Of a stretch of DNA of 64,000 nucleotides, positions 38,201 to 51,804 are shown one piece after another. The translations under genes were made by a program, and so were the position numbers. The stretch is taken from NCBI GenBank assembly GCA_043228905.1, contig JBHGNT010000009.1, positions 18,228,001-18,292,000 of the forward strand, read 5' to 3'. Origin of the DNA: Azolla caroliniana. Lineage: Eukaryota > Plantae > Polypodiophyta. The notes beneath the pieces are model-generated. The model was not told where the DNA came from. It did no database searches and saw only the letters and a program-made list of their open reading frames with translations. Numbering within the stretch: position 1 is the first letter of the stretch; every line of letters starts with the position of its first letter.

Positions 38201-40636
38201 ATAGATATTGGCAAATACAAGACCTTCCCCTACCCAAGGATGTAGGAATGATGCTTGATACAAAATATGTTGATGATACAACAACCTATGTTAAGGGGGA
38301 TGCAAACAACTTGGACAGACTACAAAGTGCAATAAATGAGTTTTGTAGGGGATCGGGTGCAAAAATAAACTGGAATAAATCAGTGGGCATTTGGATTAGC
38401 AATAAGCATGTGGTAAATTGGGCTCCAGACCCTAATTTTAGATGGTGGAGGAGAGGAGAAGCTACTAGATACTTGGGTTTCAAACTTAGGATGGACATTG
38501 ATCGCTCAAAACACTACAATCTACTTGTGGACAAAATAAAAGCAAAGTTAATATGGTGGAATGCAAGAAAACTATCCTTTGCAACCAAGATTGTGATTGC
38601 AAATCAAGTTCTAATGGCCACAATATGGCATATTACGGCATGTTAGATAATCGCACCCAAGTCGATGAAAGTGATAAAAAGGTTGATCAGAAATTTCTTA
38701 TGGGGGGGCACAGAGGAAAAACATGCTTGTGCAAAGGTTGCATGGACTACACTCATAAAAGATAAAAGTGAAGGTGGGGTGGGGTGGGACTAATAGATCT
38801 TGTGGTGCAAACGAAGGCCTTGCTAGGTAAATTGGTGGTCATGAGCTTGCAACCACTTGAGGCACCTTGGAAAATTCTCTGGCGACACAGATGGAAGATG
38901 TGGTTGCCAAGACATGGTGGAAGTTGGCCAAGTAGCGTTATTTGGGGGTTTGTGCCAAAAATGTGACCCAAATACCACGGATGTACACAGAGTATATGTG
39001 TTGTTGGAATTATGAAGGCATGGAATGCAATAAGAAAGGGAATCGTTTGTAGGTGGAGAAATGATGCATATGCTCGAATGTACATGCCTATTGTTTGGAA
39101 CCCACTAATTAGAGATGTGGATGGGTTGATGATAGGACAAAAAGTAGGCTTCAAATGGGCCAATTTAATCAATGCCCAAGGGAATACCTTGGTAGATTGG
39201 AAGAGATTTCTATGTAATGATGTGGGCACTCAAAAGGCTATAATATGGAGGATAAACAGGGGTAAATGCATGCTAATGAGGATTATTGATGCCTTTGCAC
39301 GCAGCGGGCAAATCTTGGAAGATGCAGCCATAAGTCAGGCCTCTGAAATGGAATGGACAGGACTTATCGATGCTGAAAATTATCTAATTGGAATTAAGGG
39401 AATGAAAGCCGGATCTAATGAGGCATGCTACTACAAAAAAGAGCATAGAATGGTAATATGTGAGCAACTAGCCTATCAAACTAAAAGGTTGATTAGGTTG
39501 CTTGCAAAAAATGGAAAGGATATGATAGTTGACCCCAAGCCGAGTGAGCTCAAACCAACGACAATGTGTTGGCCGATAGAAGGGCATTCAAATAAGTTAT
39601 CATAGGACCCCGCGATGTATTTCTAGAGAAGTCAAGGTCAAAGTGATGGTGCCAAGTTGGTGCAATTTTTTGGGTACAACACAAAAATCAAGAGGCAAAT
39701 TATACTAAAACAAGAACACAAAGATATTGTAGCTCATAAATTTTAGATACAAGAGGGCATTAGTGAAAGGAGATTGGCTCAATTATGGAAAATGATATGG
39801 CATGACAGCGGTGACCACAAGATAATGATGTGGTAGTGGCTTATTGTGCAAAGAGCCTTGCCAATAGGGGTGTGGGGTAAAGGCCCCAATGACCCTAGAT
39901 GTAGTGCATGTGGACAACTAGAAAGCATTTCCCATTGTCTCTAGGAATGTCATGAGGCTATGGTTGTATCGAGAAGGGCATTACGATTGCTTTGCCATGC
40001 CTCTAGCTCATTTACCCTCAATTGGGGACATGCTTGTTGGAATTGTCTTGACGATGACGTAGAGAAATTTGATAGCACATGTACAACTATGTACAGAGGG
40101 GAGAATGGAACTATTTGATTGATCATTGGTAACAGTGCACCTAGAAGTAACGGGCAGAAGCAGAAAATTGAAGGTCTATGGATGTTGCTAGCACCCATTA
40201 TCATATGGAACATTTGGACCGCAAGATGTACCAGGGTATTTTCAGTAAACAAACGGCATCCAACACAATCTATTAAGTTAATATGGCACACATTAATAAC
40301 TACATTGAGGGCCCAATATGAGCAGATTGATGGAACAGATGATGCTTCAGAATTAATGAGGCTGAATTTCAAAAAACGATGGTGTACTACACCGATGGCT
40401 GCAGAAATTGGAGTGGATATATGATGGCAGTACGTAGTACCGAGATGGTCGTTCCCCCCTCCCATTAGATGATAGAGGGGCGTGAATGACACGAGAAACA
40501 TGGAGAACAAACATGTGGGCTATTTAGTGTAAGATAAATAAGTGATGTAGCTCATATGGAAGTAAGTAATGTCTAAAGTTGTGTATTGTATGTCATTTTA
40601 ACTAATGGAGTATATTCTTCTTTGGAAAAAAAAAAC
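35240..40636 (+). mobile_element. Near full-length degenerate L1-type LINE
   Basis: ORF1 (35500-36428, frameshifted) has a DUF4283-like region and a CFVCRQMEHMAREC knuckle. ORF2 remnants include RLDRW..SNHAP, RT (FEKAYDR, RQGCPLAP, YVDD) and zf-RVT. Poly-A at 40626-40635; TSD CAATTGTCTTTA/CAAGTGTCTTTA; a homologous empty site lies at ~49845-49900. Confidence 0.92.
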
Positions 40637-40854
40637 CAAGTGTCTTTATGCTTTAATACTATAGCAATTATATTGACCATATTTTTGTATGGATGCATAC
40701 ATAGATTGACCCATGCATGATATTCGTGGTATTCGACATCCGTAATATTCGAGAATACAAAATTATCCCAAGAATATTATAGAACCATTCATTTATTTAT
40801 TTATCATTTATTATTTAAAAAAACAAATAATTTTACATCTATTATATAAAAATA

Positions 40855-41157
40855 TTACATATTAGTGTGAGGTCCTCTTTTTAATGTCTAGATAATAAAA
40901 AGTGACGAATTAATGGACCTTTTTTTTTATTAAAAATAAAAGAAATACTTTTAAGTTTTTCATCTATCATAAGAATATTATTAGTGTGAGGTCCCCTTTT
41001 TTATGTGAGATAAAAATATAAAATTTTATGGGAACCTTTTATTTATTCTATTTTTTTACATATTTTTATTTATTTTTTGTTTTATTAAGAAATAAAACAA
41101 ATACATTTAAATTTTATATCTTGTATAAAAATATTATTAGTGTGAGGTCCCCTTTTT
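40855..41157. repeat. AT-rich degenerate tandem repeat, three units
   Basis: ATTAGTGTGAGGTCC.CTTTTT recurs at ~40861, ~40980 and ~41136. Confidence 0.7.
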
Positions 41158-41774
41158 TGTCACGGACAAGTATAATAGAGCAGAGTGAAGACAAGACTAG
41201 AAAATAAGAGAGAGGAAAAGAACAAGAACTCTACATATAGAATTCATAACTGGTGTTGTTCACCTTGATTAGAATCAAGGTGCACCTAAGTATTTATACA
41301 AGAAGGTAGGGCTATATAAGCTAGCTAGAAATAGAGTATGCATGAGGATGCATGCAATAGAGTAGGGATCGGCAACGGCTCGGCTCAAGCCTAAACCGTT
41401 TGGCTTAGCCGACTTTTAAACGGCTTAGCGGCTTGGTTTAGGCTTGAGCCTGCCTTAACGGATTGAGCTCGACTCGGCTTGGCTTGAGCCTCGCCAAACT
41501 GGCTAAGCCGTTTAAGTGATTTAATTAGTAATTACTACAGTTTATTACTAAAGTCTAAGTTCTAACTTCTAATTAGTCAAGAGTCTAAGTTATAACTAGT
41601 CAGTAGTCAGTAGTCAGTAGTCACGAGTCACGAGTCTATTGTCTACAGTGTACTGTGTACACAGAGGCTCCAAAGTGACGACTTAGGTATTAGGTAATAA
41701 GACTCTAGTCTCTCAACACAGACAGACGACTCGGACTTAGGTAATAGGACTCTCGACACAGACGCGCACACGCG

Positions 41775-41776
<2 letters not shown>

Positions 41777-41825
<49 letters not shown>
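41777..41825. repeat. (GA)n microsatellite, LINE target site
   Basis: Long GA run; GA repeats resume after the LINE tail at ~46045. Confidence 0.95.
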
Positions 41826-41827
<2 letters not shown>

Positions 41828-44800
41828 CATGGGCTCATTAAGAGGACTATCCAAAGAAATTATCTTTTGATAATAAAGGTAATTTGTATGTTCCTTGGAA
41901 TAAACGGAAATCGGTGCCTCGTTCACATGAGGAGCCATCGGGGTCTGGAGTTTTGCATTCCCATAGTAATTCATATGCAATCTTAGGGGATTTATTTCAG
42001 GATATGGCAGAAACATTAGCAGTGAAGGAGAAGGAGATTTCTCGAATAAAAGGAAAAAATAAAGTATGAAGATCACCACATGGAATGTGAGGGGATTGTG
42101 TTCTAGATTTAGAATGCATGAGGTTTGGAGGATTGTGTTAAGTGAGCAATGGGATGTTTTATGTGCAGTAGAGCATAAAGATCATCGGAATGCTGGTTTA
42201 ATTAGTTATTCTAAGGGTTATACATTATGTTATGCTGGCAAGGTTCATGGGGATTATTTTGGGATTGTCATGTTTATAAGAGATAAATTTCACCCAAAAG
42301 TAATTGTTTCAGATGAATTTGGAAGATTTATTGTGGTAGAGATATGTTATGAAGGGCAAGCTATTTGGTTAGCTGGTGTGTATGCATCAAATGTTTCACA
42401 AGAACGAAAGTTGTTATGGAGATCTCTAAAATCAGTGCTTCATAATGGTAGACCGGATTTATTGATGGGAGATTTTAATGTTTGTTGTGAGACAGATCAA
42501 TCAACATCTATCCACTCTATTATGGATGGACTAGAGGCTCAAGAATGGGGAGATTTTGATATTGAAGTCATGTTAAGGGATGTATGGAAATGGATCAAGG
42601 GAGATGAACCTGGTTATACCTTTCAATCGGCTCAAAATAAGGATACTTGGAGTAGGTTGGATCGAATGTATGTAATGCATACCGAAGGTTTTTTACCAGA
42701 GATTTTGGATATTTCAGTGTCTTATGGGTCAATTATATCAGATCATTTCCCATTAATTTTTGAGTTCAATCACCACTCAATTAGAGGTTTTCATGAGTTT
42801 TTAGGAAAACCACCGTTGATTTTTAATTCATCATTTTTGGATCATGAGGTCTTCCATGCCTATATGTGTCAATTGATTGATGCATTTGCCTATCGCGTTC
42901 AATTTGATGGGTATGAAGCGTGGGAAGTATTTGTTGCAAATGTTCAGAGGTTAACTAGATATTATGGAATTCACCATGCTTTTAAAAGGAGAAAGAAATT
43001 AAGTCTCCTAGTTAATTTGCTTGATAAATGCAACTCATTGTTAACTTATTGGCCAACGGATGTAGAGTTGATGGGATATCAAGAGGTATTAATTTCTGCG
43101 ATGCATGACCTAACGGCAAAAAATTATCAACATGCTAGACTACATCGTCTAAGACAAGAAGTGGATGATGCTAATTGTCAATCACATAAGTTTTTCCATG
43201 ATCTTCATGAATCACATGCACGACATAATGTGGTAAGGTTAGAGGAAAATGGTATCATGTGTTCCGATCCTCAAGAAATTGTGAAGAAATGCATAGAATA
43301 TTATACACAATTGTTGGATGTACAAGTGTGTACCGATGATAATGTTAAAAAGGATAGAGATGTATTTTTTAATGGAGTAAAAAATCATGTATCGCATGAT
43401 GTGGCACAATCATTAGATGCTAATATTTCAGAGGATGAGATGGAACATATCATGTCACATCTTGCTAATGATAAGAGTCCTGGGTGGGATGGATTAACAC
43501 ATGAACTCTTTAAGAAATATGTGATTAAGTTAAAGGGGCCTTTTACAATTTTATTTCAAAAGGTGTGGACATCAGGGGAAATGCCTCATTCTTGGAAGAT
43601 TGGTTTGATCAAGCTTTTGCCGAAGGTGCCTTCTCCATCTTCCTTTGCTCAATGGAGGCCTATTTCATTGATGGGGGGAATGTACAAGATTTTTGCAAAA
43701 GTGATGGCCAATAGGTTGCATAAGGTTTTACCTTCTATTATTCATAATGCTCAATATGGGTTTTTAGCAAAAAGAGACATTCTACATAATATTTGAAATG
43801 TTCAAATGGCAATTGACTATGCAAAGGAGTCTAAACAAGAATTAGTGTTGCTACAACTGGATATGGAGAAAGCCTATGATAATGTGGATTGGTCATTTAT
43901 AAATCAATTGATGTCTCATATGGGTTTTGGTGATCGTATGTCTAAGTTAATATACACATTAGGGGAGGGTTCAGTTTCACATGTGATGTTTGATGGAGAA
44001 GTAACCCAACCGATTTCTATTCAGAGGTCAGTTAGACAAGGATGCCTGGTAAGTCCTTTACTATTCACTATTGTGACACATCCTATTCTTGTTAAGTTAC
44101 ACAATATGGCTATGGGGGAAGAATTGCTTGGACTAAGGTTGCCATCAGGGAAGCCATGTATTGTTCAAGCTCTCGCAGATGACCATATTATGTTTTTGGC
44201 ACCTAATCGGGAAAATATTAGTAAGACAAGAGATGTGTGGGAATTGTTTTCAAATGCTTCGGGGTTGAGAATTAATATGCATAAATCTGTCCTCATTTCA
44301 TGTACAGAACAAGATGTGTTACGGTTGGGGTGGTCAGGAAGGATAGTACATCGTGGTATGATTTGTCGTCATCTTGGATATCCAATTGGGGTGGAAGTTT
44401 CTCATGTGAAACTTATTGAGTGGGTATCCAAAAGGTTGGAGGATAAGTTTATGTATTGGAGGTCTCAATTTTGGCCTTTTCATGTACGACTTAAGGTGGT
44501 CCAATCGATTATGGTCTCTATGGTATCTTATTATCTTCCTTTGCTCCCATGGTCAAAGAAAGCTCTTGAAATGTTGTCACGCTCGATGCGAATGTTGTTA
44601 TGGAAAAGAAAAGGGAAAAGTGCCTTGTCATGGTTGGCATGGGATCATGTTTGTACTCCGAAGCGTCTTGGTGGGGCATCAATATTGAATCTATATGAGC
44701 ATATGGTGGCTCGTCGATTTACTTTCATTCGATTCATGTTTGAAGGTGTACAACCTTGGACAGAAATGGTGGCATACTTTATAGAGAAGAACGGAATAAA

Positions 44801-46045
44801 GCTTGGAAACATGAAGGTTGAAGCGAATTGGTGGAATGTAATTAATTCTGACAGGGATGTCAAATGTACAGGGTCTATGATAGTTAATCATTTGTTGACA
44901 TCTTGGCAAAGTATGTTGGATTTTGTGGAATGGCATCCCCCACAAGAAAGGGGATGTGCCAATTCATTACAAATGGAGGTTTTGGCAACATCAAGGTTGT
45001 TGAGGTGGGAAGGTAAACAAATTCTTAACCTTCAATTTAATCGGATGGCTAGATTGGGTTTGGTAAGAGTTAAGGATGCTATATTGGTTTCACAAAGAAT
45101 ATTAATGGCTTTTTGAACAATAAGATCAACATTTCGTATTCCAAAAGGTTATAACTTTATTTGGGATAAGTTGCAACAAATACTATCTTCGCATGAGCCA
45201 ATTCCTGATTTAGATGGGCGATCTCAAGAGCTTGATTGGAGGTTTGTTGGAAATAAGAGATTGACTATGATCTCAACGAATGTTGCTTATCACAAGTTGA
45301 TTGACAAACATAAGTGGTTGGAAGAAAGGGTTATAAAGATATGGGGTTTTCATAAGCCCATTACTTGGTGGTTTCATGTGATCAAGGCAGGTTGGTGTTC
45401 TCGATTGATGCTACGAGCCAAGGTATTTATTTGGAGAGTTATGGTTGGAGCTTTACCATTAGGGGATGCATTAAAAAGAAGAAACATTACTAATGGATTG
45501 TGTTTCTTTTGTTCGGTGGAATTGGAACATAGTAGGCATCGATTTATTTCATGCCCGATGGCAAGGATGGTTTGGAGGTGTATCAGTTTAGTGTGGATGT
45601 CTCTAACAGGAGTAAGTCTATCTTCCTTCAGTTGGGTTTTTGCACACATGGAGAACAATGAACCGATGCCTCATTTTCAAATTATTTTTGAGTTCTTGAG
45701 GTATTGGGGGCTATGGTTCAATTGGAATATGCGGAATGCCTTCATTTTTTATTCACAAGTTAGGGTGAGAAAATATGTTCTTAAGTTAAAAGGACTTCTT
45801 TTGTGGCAATTGACAGTGGTAGAGAAGTCACAAAATCTCAACAAAGAAGAGAGAGAACTCTGCAAGGTCACATATCATCATATTCGCCATATGAATTGGT
45901 GTGTAGGGTGGCATTGAGTTTGGTGTCGTAGTTTTCTTTAGATCCCTAGATAGAAGGGGTTTTATAATTTGTTGTAAGTTAGTCATGGTGGTGTTTTTTC
46001 TTTCGTAATGAAAGCCATTATTTACGAAAAAAGAAAAAGAAAAAA
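41826..46045 (+). mobile_element. 5'-truncated L1-type LINE; ORF2 42066-45917 with two in-frame stops
   Basis: APE endonuclease (TWNVRG, GDFN, SRLDR, SDHFP), RT (DMEKAYD, RQGC..SP, LADD) and zf-RVT (CFFC..HRFISC). The three ORF pieces share one frame, with TGA stops at 43794 and 45114. ORF1 tail at 41884-42069; A-rich 3' tail. Confidence 0.95.
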
Positions 46046-46339
46046 GAGAGAGAGACAGAGACAGACAGACAGACAGAGGTCTGTTGCACAGTAGATACTA
46101 GAAAGTGGAAGACGACGACCTGTTGTTGCTGCCTGCGTGCATCGTGCAGCCCCAAGCCTACAAAGTGCATACCTCCATCTATTTTACAAAGCCTACAAGT
46201 AAGATTCACATAATTTCACAATATAATTATGCACATATATGAATAATGATACAAACTATAGTCAATTTAAAATTACTTTACCTCAAGGCTCATATGAAGT
46301 AAACAGTAATACCCACAATCATTATCACTACAATGTAGA

Positions 46340-46444
46340 CATATATGAAGTAAGATTCACAATACAATTATGCACATATATGAAGTAAGATTCACAATAC
46401 AATTATGCACATATATGAAGTAAGATTCACAATACAATTATGCA
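46340..46444. repeat. 35-bp tandem repeat x3 upstream of the hAT transposase
   Basis: CATATATGAAGTAAGATTCACAATACAATTATGCA repeated three times. Confidence 0.9.
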
Positions 46445-46581
46445 CATATATGAATAATGATATAGTCAAATTGAGCCACAATGTGGCACAATGTAATAAC
46501 TCATGATTAGAGTAGGACATTTCAAAAGAATTCATTATCTTTTATAACCAAAATTTTATAGGTACAGTAACATACATTTAT

Positions 46582-48745
46582 ATGGAAGAGGTAACATCAA
46601 TATCAGCCCCTAGAGGCAAAACAAAGGCAAGAAAAAGAACTTCATGGACTGAGCAACACATGATCTCCATTAAGGACGGAGATGCATATAAGCGTCGATG
46701 TGCCTATTGTCACTTGTTGTGGGCAAGCTCTACATCTACAGGTTCTATCGCCAAGCATTTATTAGATAAGCATAATATTAATAGCACATCACAACCACAA
46801 ACTTCTAGCAATGTTCTTGTCCAAAGTAACATAGATGCTACTTCATCTACATTAACTATATCTCGTACTCTAGAGATGAAGTTTGATAGTACTGTTGTTA
46901 GATACATAGTCACATCAATGCTACCTCATGCACATATTGAGTCTTTTAGTTTTAAGAGATTAATGCATTAAGTCTTGCCCACTTATCAACTTAAATCATC
47001 TCGTACGCTTAAGAGATTAGTGTTACGAATGTATGTTGTTCTTCACCATTTTGTTATTACTTATTTGTCCTCACAAATTTTTAGATATGCTATAACATTT
47101 GATGGGTGGACAAACAACAGTTTGAAAGGATTTTATCCTGTGACTTTACATTTTGTTTGTTTCGAGTCTACTAAGCCAACTAGTGTGCTTTTAGACTTCC
47201 TAGATGTCTTTCTGGGAGATGGGGTAGGAAAACGTGTTGGAAAAGCTTTATTCTCCCGTCTAAAATCATTTAGTATCTCTTCACGTCTTCTATCTACAAC
47301 TTCTGACGGTGCTAGTGAATCTCTAGTTGCATCAAAAGAATTAGCTAGGTTATTACTTTGTCATCATGGACAAGACATTTTACAATCATCACATATGTTA
47401 AGATGCATGGTGCATACATATCAACTAGGTGTAAAGTCTGCATTAGAAGTTATTACTCCTTCTACTATGAAGTTAAGGAAGACATTACATTCTATACGCA
47501 CAAGTAAAGTGAGTAGAGCTATATTTAAAAAATATTCAAAAACCATGCATGAGAATGGAGAACATGAACCACCATGTGTAGATTGCCTTACTAGATGGAA
47601 TTCAACCCGAATAATGTATCAACAATCCCTAAAATTAAGAGATGTCTTGATTTGTACCACAAGTGACAATGTCATTGCTAATGAGTTTGTGGACCATACA
47701 CTCTCCATAGAAGATTGGAGTCATATACAAAGTATGGAATAATGGTTGCTTGTGCCTGCTAAAATTTGTAATTACTTGAGTGGGTCAAAGTATCCGACCC
47801 TCTCAATAGCCGCGCTTGCATTCAACAACTTATTAGCACATTGTAATAAATATATTTCTATGGATATGAAATCGGTTGATTCATCCTCCAAGAAGATTAC
47901 TCTTCAAGTGCAACAAGAGGTTAGTAACAAATGCTTACAATATCTAATCAAGTACCAAGAATCCCTAAAATCTATTCCATCTCGAATCGCAATGTTTGTT
48001 GACCCGAGTACTAATGTTTTTAATTGAAAATTCCCCTTTTTTAATCTCTCTTTCTTACTAATAGTGTCTTTTGTTTGAGTGTAGAATTCCAAAACCACCT
48101 AATCCAATTGAGAGAGACCTCGATATAGAATTGGTGCAAAGTTTCTTGACAACCCAATATCATGATCCTAATGTCAAAGATTCTCTATCCAAAGATGCAT
48201 GTGAAGGACCTCCATTTGATTTTTTGGATATTTGGGATATGAACAATAACAAATCTCATGAATCATCAGCTCAGACAGAAACTGAAGGTTTCTTGAAGGT
48301 TCCACGAGTGAAGAGTACCGTAGACCCTCTACTTTGGTGGTCTACCAACAGGTTTCAAGCTATATTGCATCATGTTGTATTAAACAAATTTGTTATTGTT
48401 GGTAATTAATGAACACATTTTGATAGTATCTTTTTTTATGATTTGAAACAAATCCATTTTTCCAAGGATGTATAAAATGGCATGCAATTATTTGGCTATT
48501 CCAACTTTATAATGCCTTTAGAGGAAGCTAACTCCGAAGCTCGTGATAACTTCGAAGATAGGCAACGGTTGCATTCATGCACTTTCAAGGCAGAGATGTG
48601 CATACGATCTTGGATAGGTCTACTTGATAGTGTTAATATTCCAATTCCTGAAGATATTAATGATGCATATGATACTTTGGATATTAATTTAGAAGAGATT
48701 ATTGCAGAGGATGATGGTATTGAATACTTATACTTGGACAAGTGA
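46582..48745 (+). pseudogene. hAT transposase pseudogene
   Basis: BED finger (CAYC..HLLDKH), FDGWT, TSDGAS, RCMVH, TRWNS, DPLLWW and a C-terminal dimerisation-like region. Two in-frame TAA stops (46969, 47740); probable introns near 48008-48084 and after 48351. Confidence 0.9.
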
Positions 48746-49469
48746 TTTTTTTTGGAATATTATGACTTGGGACAATTATGACGATCAATTATTGGAATAG
48801 TTAACATTTTTGGAATAGTCAATTTTTTCTCGTTGCTTTTCTTTAATTATTTATTAGTTAAATTTGCCTTGCATTTCCCATTTTATGTTTTCTTGTTGTT
48901 TTTCTCTAAGCCTTGTAACCATTCTACATTTGGAGCATATTCGAGGGGGATTGTTCAATGATAAATTGTAATGGAATTGTGTTATGAAGTTCAATGATAA
49001 ATTGTAATAGAATTGTGTAATGAAGTTCACAAACCGGTTTACAAGCCGTTTACCAAATCAGTTCATAAAACCGATTTACCCTAAACCGGTTTAGGGATTG
49101 GTTCAAGTTTGAAAACCCCTAAACGGTTTAGGCTTAGCCGGTTTGGCTTGGATAAGGGCAAACCGGCTAAGCCTAAACCAAACCGTTGCCGATCCCTACA
49201 ATAGAGAATGCATGAGAATGTGTGCAAGCTAGAAATGAGGATGCATGCAAGTTAGGAACTTCCAATGTTCAATCTACACTACATGAAGTTCGATTTGTAT
49301 TTATGCTCAATTGGTAGGGTTGCCCAATAGAGACCATGAGTTATTGGGTTCAATCCTTAACTTCCTTTGTGGCATATGTTTATGACATTATCCCTACCTT
49401 CTTCCATGGCATATGTCTATCTATGACATTATCCTCCCTCTAAGGCTGCCTCCTAACACCCGCAACTGG

Positions 49470-49910
49470 TGTTATACCAGTTATGGCCACTCCCGATTTA
49501 TGGGAGAGGCCATATTTTCTTGTGTTTTCCTTTCTTTTCACTCCTCTTAATAAACCTGTAAAATCTTTTCAAATTCTTGTGCCGATATAACCACATACAC
49601 ATAAAATGCAATTTTGAACTGAACCATTTCCCGTTAACCAAATCATTAACAACATTCTACACATTTTGCATTACAAAATATCGATCCCATATTTCTTTAT
49701 TCATTCTCTTGTATGAGTGTGACACGTATGACTAGCGCGCGCACACACACCCCCTTGTATATACACAAGCACATATAAAATATACATAAAACATATCCGA
49801 ACACATACATACACATATTTTACATGTATACATTCATAACATATTTTACAATTGTCTTTACACTTTCACACTATAGCAATTATATTGAGCCTATTTTTGT
49901 ACGGATGCAT
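49470..49910. repeat. Modular dispersed repeat, copy 2 (hairpin module joined to the distal module)
   Basis: GTTATACCAGTTATGGCCACTCCCGATTTATGGGAGAGGCCATATTTT is followed by sequence homologous to 34870-35239 + 40637-40700. Confidence 0.85.
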
Positions 49911-50639
49911 ATACAAAGTAATATTCACCCTATATATGTATTTGTGTTTATGTATGCATGCATTTATGTATGTTTGTATTGTTAACTATTGTAATTTATA
50001 TGCATGCTTGTGTGCATGTGCCTTTATGTATGTTTGTATTATTAATCTTGTATGTAGGTGTGTGACAACATTAATTTGCATTGTTTCACAAGGGATCCAA
50101 ATCATTCATGGAATACGAGGGATGTATCAATGAATCAATGTTGCCCGTTACTATGGGTTCAATGGAATATGTAAGCTTTAGATTACCATACTCCTCTCTC
50201 CTTTCTTAATAATTCCACACATGCGGGCCCCCTTATTTTCACATGAATAAGAACCCCTACATACATATTTACATCTAATACCCCTCCCCTTTTTCCTAAT
50301 TTTAACCCGGTTGCCCCTGCCACCCATCCATATAGTAAATCAAACACCCCCCCCCCCCCCCCCCAACAACAACTAAAACTCCGACTTATACGTCTAAACC
50401 AAAAAACAGGTAGTGAGGCATGCTAAACGAATTGGTAAATGGTTTAAGCACGCCTTACACCCTTGTAAGCATCTTTTTTACATACTAGATAGCCTCCCTT
50501 TAATGTGTGATACGTACATGTGGTTAGGTAGAGAAAAATCCCATTTCTCCTTCTCCCCTTAAACTAAACGGTACTAAAAGGCTTAGATACAAGTTTTGGA
50601 AACCACTTACTCCCACCATAGACACAACACCCATCTTAA

Positions 50640-51535
50640 AAAATAAAAATCTTTCAAATTACACCCTTAGTAAATTAGAAATCAAACTTTTAAACCTGTG
50701 ACTTAAGTTTATACCCCTTGTCCCCCACCCACTCACCAATACATCCTTCGAGAATACCAAAACCTAAGCAGATCCTTCAGACTTAAACATTTCTTTAAAG
50801 ACCTTGACTCTCCCCCCTCTAATCCCTTCAAACTACCAAACCCGAATTGGAACCCTCCTAAGTATCCACCATTAGAGTTTATACTCCATAAACACAATAA
50901 CTCTCTCTCCACAAACCTTCATAATAATATACTACCGAATACCAAAATACCACGTCAGCTTCAGATAACACTAAATAGCCTTACAAAAAACAAACAAATA
51001 ATCATCCTATTAGCGGACAAAAACATCAGAGTTTGTGTCCTCGATAAAAAAAAACATACCTAGATAAAGCCGTAGAACATCTATCCAATATCACTACATA
51101 TAAAAAAGTTAATAGTCTCCTGTTAGAAGAACTCTTAAGTCGACTACATGACATAGTCAACCATAACCTTAATATCATGTCTCTCACAAAAATACAATTT
51201 ATCCTACACAAACCTCCTAAAGGGTACTCGATACCTAATATGTACTTCTTACCAAAAGTACATAAAACCCCCATTAGCTATAGACCAATTTGCTCATATA
51301 ATGGTTCATTATTTGAACAACGTCTAAATGGTTTCACCATCAACTCCTCCTAATACTTCTATGCCAAAAACCGTATCTTAGGAACTCCCATTCCCTTGTC
51401 TGAGCCTTAGAACAACTTATAACACCACCGAATAGCTTCATTTTCTCTTTTGATGTTGAATCCCTTTACCCTAGCATCCCACCAAATCTAGGACCCTTAG
51501 CCCTAAAACATCTTATTTCCCCCAATTTTTCACAC
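50640..51535 (+). mobile_element. Penelope-like element (PLE) reverse transcriptase pseudogene, 3'-truncated
   Basis: Manual translation across frameshifts gives NLSNYTLSKLEIKLLNL*LKFIP; IIILLADKN; YLDKAVEHLSNITTYKKV; PNMYFLPKVHKTPISYRPICS; SFDVESLYPSIP. These match PLE N-terminal and RT motifs 1-3. Confidence 0.85.
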
Positions 51536-51804
51536 ACTTAGATGCTCTTAAGGTGTGTTCCCACACTAGGGGATTTGAGTTTGATTCTCAACACGCCTCT
51601 TCAAACACAACTTCTATTCGCCGGATAATTGGCTTGGGTCTTGACTGGTCTGGCTCCGACTTCATGATGGCCGATTTTAGGTTCGGTTTTGATGGACGAC
51701 TCACTCGGTTATCTATGTTCGTCCACGTCTTCATTTCATCTGGGCTTTGTGTCGAGCTGCTCACTCCCCGTCAAGCTCGGTTGGACGGTGGTCGAGAGTC
51801 CTAG

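Larger units (their letters stand above)
41363..49198 (+). mobile_element. hAT DNA transposon (formerly autonomous) carrying a nested LINE
   Basis: Perfect 16-bp TIR TAGGGATCGGCAACGG / CCGTTGCCGATCCCTA, perfect 8-bp TSD CAATAGAG, AACCG/AGCCG subterminal repeats and an internal transposase. Confidence 0.96.
41158..49428 (-). mobile_element. LTR (likely a 3' LTR with PPT) split by the hAT insertion: 41158-41362 + 49199-49428
   Basis: Termini TGTCA../..TGACA. Purine tract AGAGGGAGGATAA is adjacent on the - strand (49429-49441). The repeated GCTAGAAAT..GAGGATGCATGCAA motif continues across the hAT insertion. Confidence 0.6.

Noticed and set aside
51545-51600. Possible tRNA/SINE head after the PLE truncation
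   Set aside because: Only a weak B-box-like match, with no A-box or cloverleaf.
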